A stretch of DNA of 64,000 bases from Candidatus Latescibacterota bacterium (GTDB taxonomy: Bacteria; Latescibacterota; UBA2968; GCA-2709665), in contig OZ220733.1 in the NCBI GenBank assembly GCA_965116875.1, forward strand, positions 1,760,001 to 1,824,000, in the 5' to 3' direction. Under the pieces are notes generated by a model that saw nothing but the letters and a program-made list of their open reading frames with translations, made no database searches and had not been told where the DNA came from. The position numbers were made by a program, and so were the translations under genes. Below are positions 59,753-64,000 of this stretch, one piece after another (positions within the stretch are counted from its first letter, which is position 1; every line of letters begins with the position of its first letter).

Positions 59753-60433
59753 TCAGGACCGGTATTGCCCTCCCGGCCAGCCCCCTCCTGCGATCCTCCC
59801 ATCCTCCAGCCGAAGCACCCTCCGGCGCTGCCGGGACACCAGGGCTTCGTTATGCGTTGCCACCAGTACCGTTGTTCCCCGCGCCTGTGCCCCGGCCAGA
59901 ATTCGCATGACGAGGTCTGTCGTCTCCGGATCCAGATTCGCGGCGGGTTCGTCCGCCAGGAGGACAAACGGCTCATTTGCCAGTGCGCGGGCGATCGCCA
60001 GCTGTTGCTGCTCGCCGCCGGACAATGCACCGGGACGGACGGATCGTTTATGGTTCAGCTCAACGTCCGCCAGCAGCGCATGGGTGCGCCGCCTGACAAC
60101 CCCGCGCGGCGTGCCCGTAACTTCCATGGCAAATGCTACGTTCTCGTAGACGGTCCGGTCCTGCAACAGACGGTGATGCTGAAAGACCATGCTTATGCTT
60201 CGGCGCACCGCCGGGATATCCCGGTCCCGAATCGTCTCCGAGTTGAAATCCCCCACCCGAACCACACCGGACGTTGGCCGCCGTTCGAACAGAACCAGTT
60301 GCAGTACCGTACTCTTCCCGGCCCCCGTCGGCCCCAGCAGGAAGGCGAATTCACCCCGTTCGATTTCGAAATCCACGTCTGTCAGGATACTGCGCCCCCG
60401 CTGCTCCACGCCAACCTGCCGAAGCGTAATCAC
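59753..60433 (-). CDS. ftsE: Cell-division ATP-binding protein FtsE
   Basis: GPTGAGKST, MVFQ, LSGGEQQ and LLADEP; GGAGG RBS. Confidence 0.92.
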   Translation of the reverse strand: MITLRQVGVEQRGRSILTDVDFEIERGEFAFLLGPTGAGKSTVLQLVLFERRPTSGVVRVGDFNSETIRDRDIPAVRRSISMVFQHHRLLQDRTVYENVAFAMEVTGTPRGVVRRRTHALLADVELNHKRSVRPGALSGGEQQQLAIARALANEPFVLLADEPAANLDPETTDLVMRILAGAQARGTTVLVATHNEALVSRQRRRVLRLEDGRIAGGGWPGGQYRS

Positions 60434-60465
60434 AAAACCTCCAGCCAGGGGGAATTCCCGAGAGT

Positions 60466-60660
60466 TAACCTTGATTCGTCATTTTTCGGGGAAGTTAATT
60501 CGAATATGTGCGAGTTAATAAAGGCGATTCAACTGCTGATTAACAGGATAAACCAGGACACTGTACGTGAAAGGAAAAAATGTCCTTCAGGACGACCATT
60601 GCGGCCCGTTTCGAAAGGTCTCGCCCCCGGTGCCGCGTTGCGGCTTTTGCGGAATTGAGG
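60466..60660. repeat. ftsE upstream intergenic region, partner of the inverted copy at 5599-5792
   Basis: Manual alignment; see 5599-5792. Confidence 0.9.
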
Positions 60661-61452
60661 TCAAAGGATCGCGCGCCCGGATGTGCCATCGCCAACTTTG
60701 CGCAGTACGAAATGCACCCGGTCCGAACCTTCGTCAGGCCCGCGGAAACCAAATCCGTCGTAGGTCCCTTCCAGCGAAAACGGTGACTGTTCCAGTGCGG
60801 TCAACACGTCCGACAGCGCATAGATTCGCTGACGATGTTCCTCTTCCACGGACTCGTCCGTCTGTTTGAACCTGATCTTGAATCGATTGAACTGGATCCC
60901 GTTCCTGTAGAAGCTCTCCCTGACGTACGTGAACCCGTCGCCACCGTCCTTATCCGTCAGCCTGCGAAAATATCGCAGGGAGTTCGTTTCAGTACAGACG
61001 TCGAAGACGAACAGGCCGTTCGGCAGCAGAATCCGGTGGACCTCTCTCAGCGCCAGGGCGACGTCCTCGATTGTCATGAGGTAATTCATGCTGTCATACA
61101 GACAGAGCGCCGCTTCCACCGGCGGCAGGCGGGACAGGTCCGTCAGGTTTCTCTGGAAGAATTGGACATTCTGCCGTGCTTTTTCGGTTTTATCTATCGC
61201 CACGTCCAGCATTTCGCGGCAATTGTCCGCTCCGTAAGCCCGGTAGTTCCGCTTCCGAAGTTCCAGCGCCATGCTGCCCGTGCCGCATGCCAGGTCGAAC
61301 ACCCGCGCCGGCGCGACGTTATGTCTGGCGAAGACGGCCTCGATGTAGTCCGCCCATTGCACATAGTCCACGTGCCGCATTACATGATCATAAATCTCGG
61401 CAAGCCGGGTGTAGGGCTGCGCCGTGAGTCTTTCTTTCTTTCGTCCGAACAT
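60661..61452 (-). CDS. Class I SAM-dependent methyltransferase
   Basis: FDLACGTG, CLYDSMNYL and LLPNGLFVFD. Confidence 0.88.
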   Translation of the reverse strand: MFGRKKERLTAQPYTRLAEIYDHVMRHVDYVQWADYIEAVFARHNVAPARVFDLACGTGSMALELRKRNYRAYGADNCREMLDVAIDKTEKARQNVQFFQRNLTDLSRLPPVEAALCLYDSMNYLMTIEDVALALREVHRILLPNGLFVFDVCTETNSLRYFRRLTDKDGGDGFTYVRESFYRNGIQFNRFKIRFKQTDESVEEEHRQRIYALSDVLTALEQSPFSLEGTYDGFGFRGPDEGSDRVHFVLRKVGDGTSGRAIL

Positions 61453-61524
61453 AAATCCAATATAAACAGGTCAAAGCGAAAGGGCAAACAACACGCCCAC
61501 GCTCTTTCGATTCGGGGTGCGCGC

Positions 61525-61550
61525 AAAAAAAAGCCCCGCCCCGCAGGGCC
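61525..61550 (-). terminator. Possible intrinsic terminator
   Basis: Minus strand GCCCTGC-GGG-GCGGGGC followed by T8. Confidence 0.55.
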
Positions 61551-61586
61551 GGACACGACGCCTTGACGTCCTCGCAATGGGTGTCT

Positions 61587-61859
61587 TCAGAAATCCGTGA
61601 CTTCGCGTACTTCGTCCCGAAGCACTTCGTAATAGGTCCTCGCCTCCGTCCTGGAGACGTTCCCGGCGGGAAGCTTGAGAACTTCCAGCTCCAGGTATCG
61701 ATCCAGAAAGGATATGCTCACCCGCCTGCCCGGCACGACGGCCTGACCCGGCTTCGCGCGCCGCCCGTCCAGCATGACGATCCCGTTCTCGCAGGCGCGT
61801 TTTGCTTCGGAACGCCGCCGTGTCAAACAACATCGCTTGAGGTACAAATCGAGCCGCAT
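61587..61859 (-). CDS. S4-domain RNA-binding protein (Hsp15/RqcP-like)
   Basis: MRLDLYLK..LTRRRSEAKRACENG...AKPG. Confidence 0.85.
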   Translation of the reverse strand: MRLDLYLKRCCLTRRRSEAKRACENGIVMLDGRRAKPGQAVVPGRRVSISFLDRYLELEVLKLPAGNVSRTEARTYYEVLRDEVREVTDF

Positions 61860-61913
61860 ATCGAACAAAACGCGTTGTCGTTGGGGAGCACTGCGCCGCC
61901 GCACACGGCGGCC

Positions 61914-63215
61914 TCACTCCCGCGGTCCGCTTCCATAGCCCAGATCGTACGGTCGAACTTCCACGTACAGGCGCTCCCGCGTCTCCGAAAGCACCTCTTC
62001 AAACCGTTCCTGCAGGCGGACCTGTTGTATGATTTCCTTCACGGCGTCCTGGTCGTCGTTCACTTTTACGACATGCCATCCGTACTCCGTCTGTATCGGC
62101 GCGCTTATTTCGCCCATGCGCATGGTTTTCAGGACGTCCGCGAATTCGGATGGGAGGTTTTTCTGCGTGAACGGGCCGGGAAGCCTTCCGCCCTTCCTGG
62201 CGGTCTCCTCGTGCGCGGAATGTTCTCGAGCCAGTTCCGCGAAATCCTCTCCCGCCTGGGCCTTTTTTGCAAGATCCAACGCTTTGTCGTAGGCCGTCTT
62301 CACGTCCCTCGTCGAAGGCTGCAGCGGAATGAGAATGTGCCGCGCCCGTACCTGGTCCCCGGACACTGCTTCCACCTTGATGACGTGGTAGCCGAACTTC
62401 GTTCTGACCGGCGCGCTGATCTCCCCGGGCCGCAGCGCGAAGGCCGCCTCCTCAAACGCCGGGACCATGCGCCCGCGCGGAAAATAACCCAGGTCGCCGC
62501 CGTCCTCCCGGCTTCCCGCGTCGCTGGAAACCTGCTGCGCCAGGGTCGCAAAGTCTTCACCGTTCTTCAGGCGGGCAATGACCGCGTCCGCCTGTGCCCT
62601 GACTTCCGCCGCACGGTCGTCGGACGCTTCGATTGCCACCAGGAGATGACTGATACTCAACAATGGCGGAAGTTCGTTCTTGTAGCGCGCCTTATAGTCC
62701 TGAACGTCCTTGAACGAGACTTCGACCTGCTGGTTCAGGCGTGTGTACATCCGCTGTCTCAGGAAATCCTTCCGAAACTCCTGCCTGTACTGGTCGCGCA
62801 GGTCCCGTTCCGTCACGCCACCTTCGGAAAGCTGGCTGGCAAATTCCTCTTCGCCATGTTCCGCCTTGAGTTCCCGGACGCGCGAACGGACCGCGCGTTC
62901 GATGACCTCCTCGTCCACCTCGATGCTGTCCTGTTCCGCCCTGGCCAGCAGGAGCTTTTCCTGGATCATGTTCCCGAGTATAACCTCGAACAACTCACTG
63001 ACCCTGTCCGGCGTGAGGTCCTCCCGGCTCAGCCCCCGCTGCATGGCAACCAGCGCCATGCTGGACATCACGTCTGAACGCAATACGATCTGATCGTCCA
63101 CCACCGCGACGATCTGATCCAGAAGCTGCGGTTCTGCCGCGGCGTTGGCCGTGCATATCAACGCAGCAGCAGCGGCCAAAGCAATCCAGGCGCCTCCTGG
63201 AACGCTATTTGTCAT
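61914..63215 (-). CDS. SurA-like parvulin peptidyl-prolyl isomerase
   Basis: [14 protein letters not shown]-domain; two parvulin domains (GGDLGYF..FEEAAF..GYHVIK; GWHVVK). Confidence 0.88.
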   Translation of the reverse strand: MTNSVPGGAWIALAAAAALICTANAAAEPQLLDQIVAVVDDQIVLRSDVMSSMALVAMQRGLSREDLTPDRVSELFEVILGNMIQEKLLLARAEQDSIEVDEEVIERAVRSRVRELKAEHGEEEFASQLSEGGVTERDLRDQYRQEFRKDFLRQRMYTRLNQQVEVSFKDVQDYKARYKNELPPLLSISHLLVAIEASDDRAAEVRAQADAVIARLKNGEDFATLAQQVSSDAGSREDGGDLGYFPRGRMVPAFEEAAFALRPGEISAPVRTKFGYHVIKVEAVSGDQVRARHILIPLQPSTRDVKTAYDKALDLAKKAQAGEDFAELAREHSAHEETARKGGRLPGPFTQKNLPSEFADVLKTMRMGEISAPIQTEYGWHVVKVNDDQDAVKEIIQQVRLQERFEEVLSETRERLYVEVRPYDLGYGSGPRE

Positions 63216-63360
63216 CGTGTTCCGTCTCCGAATGCGAAGCACGTCCCCACCGCCTCAGCGGGGCGATAGTGCATAGGACACACAGCTTGTATTTGTGACT
63301 ACCGGGGCGTCGTCCGGTTCCGAATGTTCTGTCCACGTATCCAGCCGGGAATATATCCGA

Positions 63361-64000
63361 TCAGACGAGGCTCTGCAACACCTTTTTGGCATTTGCAAGA
63401 CGTTCCCTGGGGCCGTCGCCCTCGAGTTCCGCCTCGATCAGCACCTGTTCCCCCAGGGAAAACTGGAGCGGGACCGGCGCAGCCGCTATCCAGGCTTCCA
63501 CCTGCTTCCTCGTCAGCATTCTGCCGCCGGGAAATACAACCGCCAGCGTGCGTCCGGTACGTACCGTGTGGGCGCGCAGCTGCCTCGCCAGTATCCGCAC
63601 GGATACGGTATCCAGAAGCGCCGCGGCGGGGTCGGGCAACGGACCGAATCGATCCTCTATTTCCTCCTCGAGCGCCAGAACCTCAACCGTCTGCCGGCAG
63701 TCGCCGAGGCGCTGGTAGAACTGCATCTTCAGATCTTCATCCGAAATATAGGTTTCGGGAATATAGGCCGATACGGCCACCTGTACATCCGGCTCCGCGG
63801 CGGGCACGGTTTCGTCGCCATGAATCTGGGCGATCGCCTCATCCAGCAGACGGCAATAGAGTTCGAAACCGACGGCCGTAATATGCCCGTGTTGTTGTGC
63901 GCCCAGTAGATTGCCCGTTCCCCGGATCTCCATGTCCCGCATTGAAATATTGAACCCGGAGCCAAGATCCGCGAATTCCTCGATGGCGCGCAGGCGCCGA
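63361..64000 (-). CDS. mfd: Transcription-repair coupling factor, C-terminal part
   Basis: LGSGFNISMRDMEIRGTGNLLGAQQHGHI..VGFELY and TRCF domain; 5' part lies outside the window. Confidence 0.95.
   Translation of the reverse strand, partial: RRLRAIEEFADLGSGFNISMRDMEIRGTGNLLGAQQHGHITAVGFELYCRLLDEAIAQIHGDETVPAAEPDVQVAVSAYIPETYISDEDLKMQFYQRLGDCRQTVEVLALEEEIEDRFGPLPDPAAALLDTVSVRILARQLRAHTVRTGRTLAVVFPGGRMLTRKQVEAWIAAAPVPLQFSLGEQVLIEAELEGDGPRERLANAKKVLQSLV

Noticed and set aside
59753-60433. FtsE as the missing ATPase of the permease array
   Set aside because: It lies in a canonical ftsE-ftsX-envC cell-division operon; the array's ATPase more likely follows the adaptor beyond the left edge.

Overview
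High-GC bacterial chromosomal window with two contrasting halves; taxonomy cannot be determined from sequence alone. Left half (1-36 kb) is an accessory cell-envelope/export locus. It holds seven paralogous ~790-aa MacB/FtsX-type ABC permeases on the minus strand, a periplasmic adaptor running off the left edge, an ECF sigma factor, TlpA, a DUF4097-like lipoprotein and small membrane proteins. A divergent sigma-54 response regulator/histidine kinase pair sits at its right end, and four near-identical enhancer plus -24/-12 promoter modules are visible. The five clustered permease genes are separated by co-oriented mosaic REP-like repeat blocks. Two IS110-family (IS1111-type) elements sit at the same dinucleotide of one repeat unit, and at least five empty copies of that site remain. 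The non-coding right end of each IS folds into two loops that match the repeat target and the element's own circle junction, which is the signature of a bridge/seek RNA. Right half (36-64 kb) is mostly catabolic and housekeeping: oxidoreductases, heparinase-like and CocE-like hydrolases, hicB with a hicA remnant, moaD/moaE, NAPRTase, def, larE, ctpA, tmk, argF, nrnA, envC-ftsX-ftsE, a SurA-like PPIase and mfd. All alignments and folds were done by eye; no database search was run.
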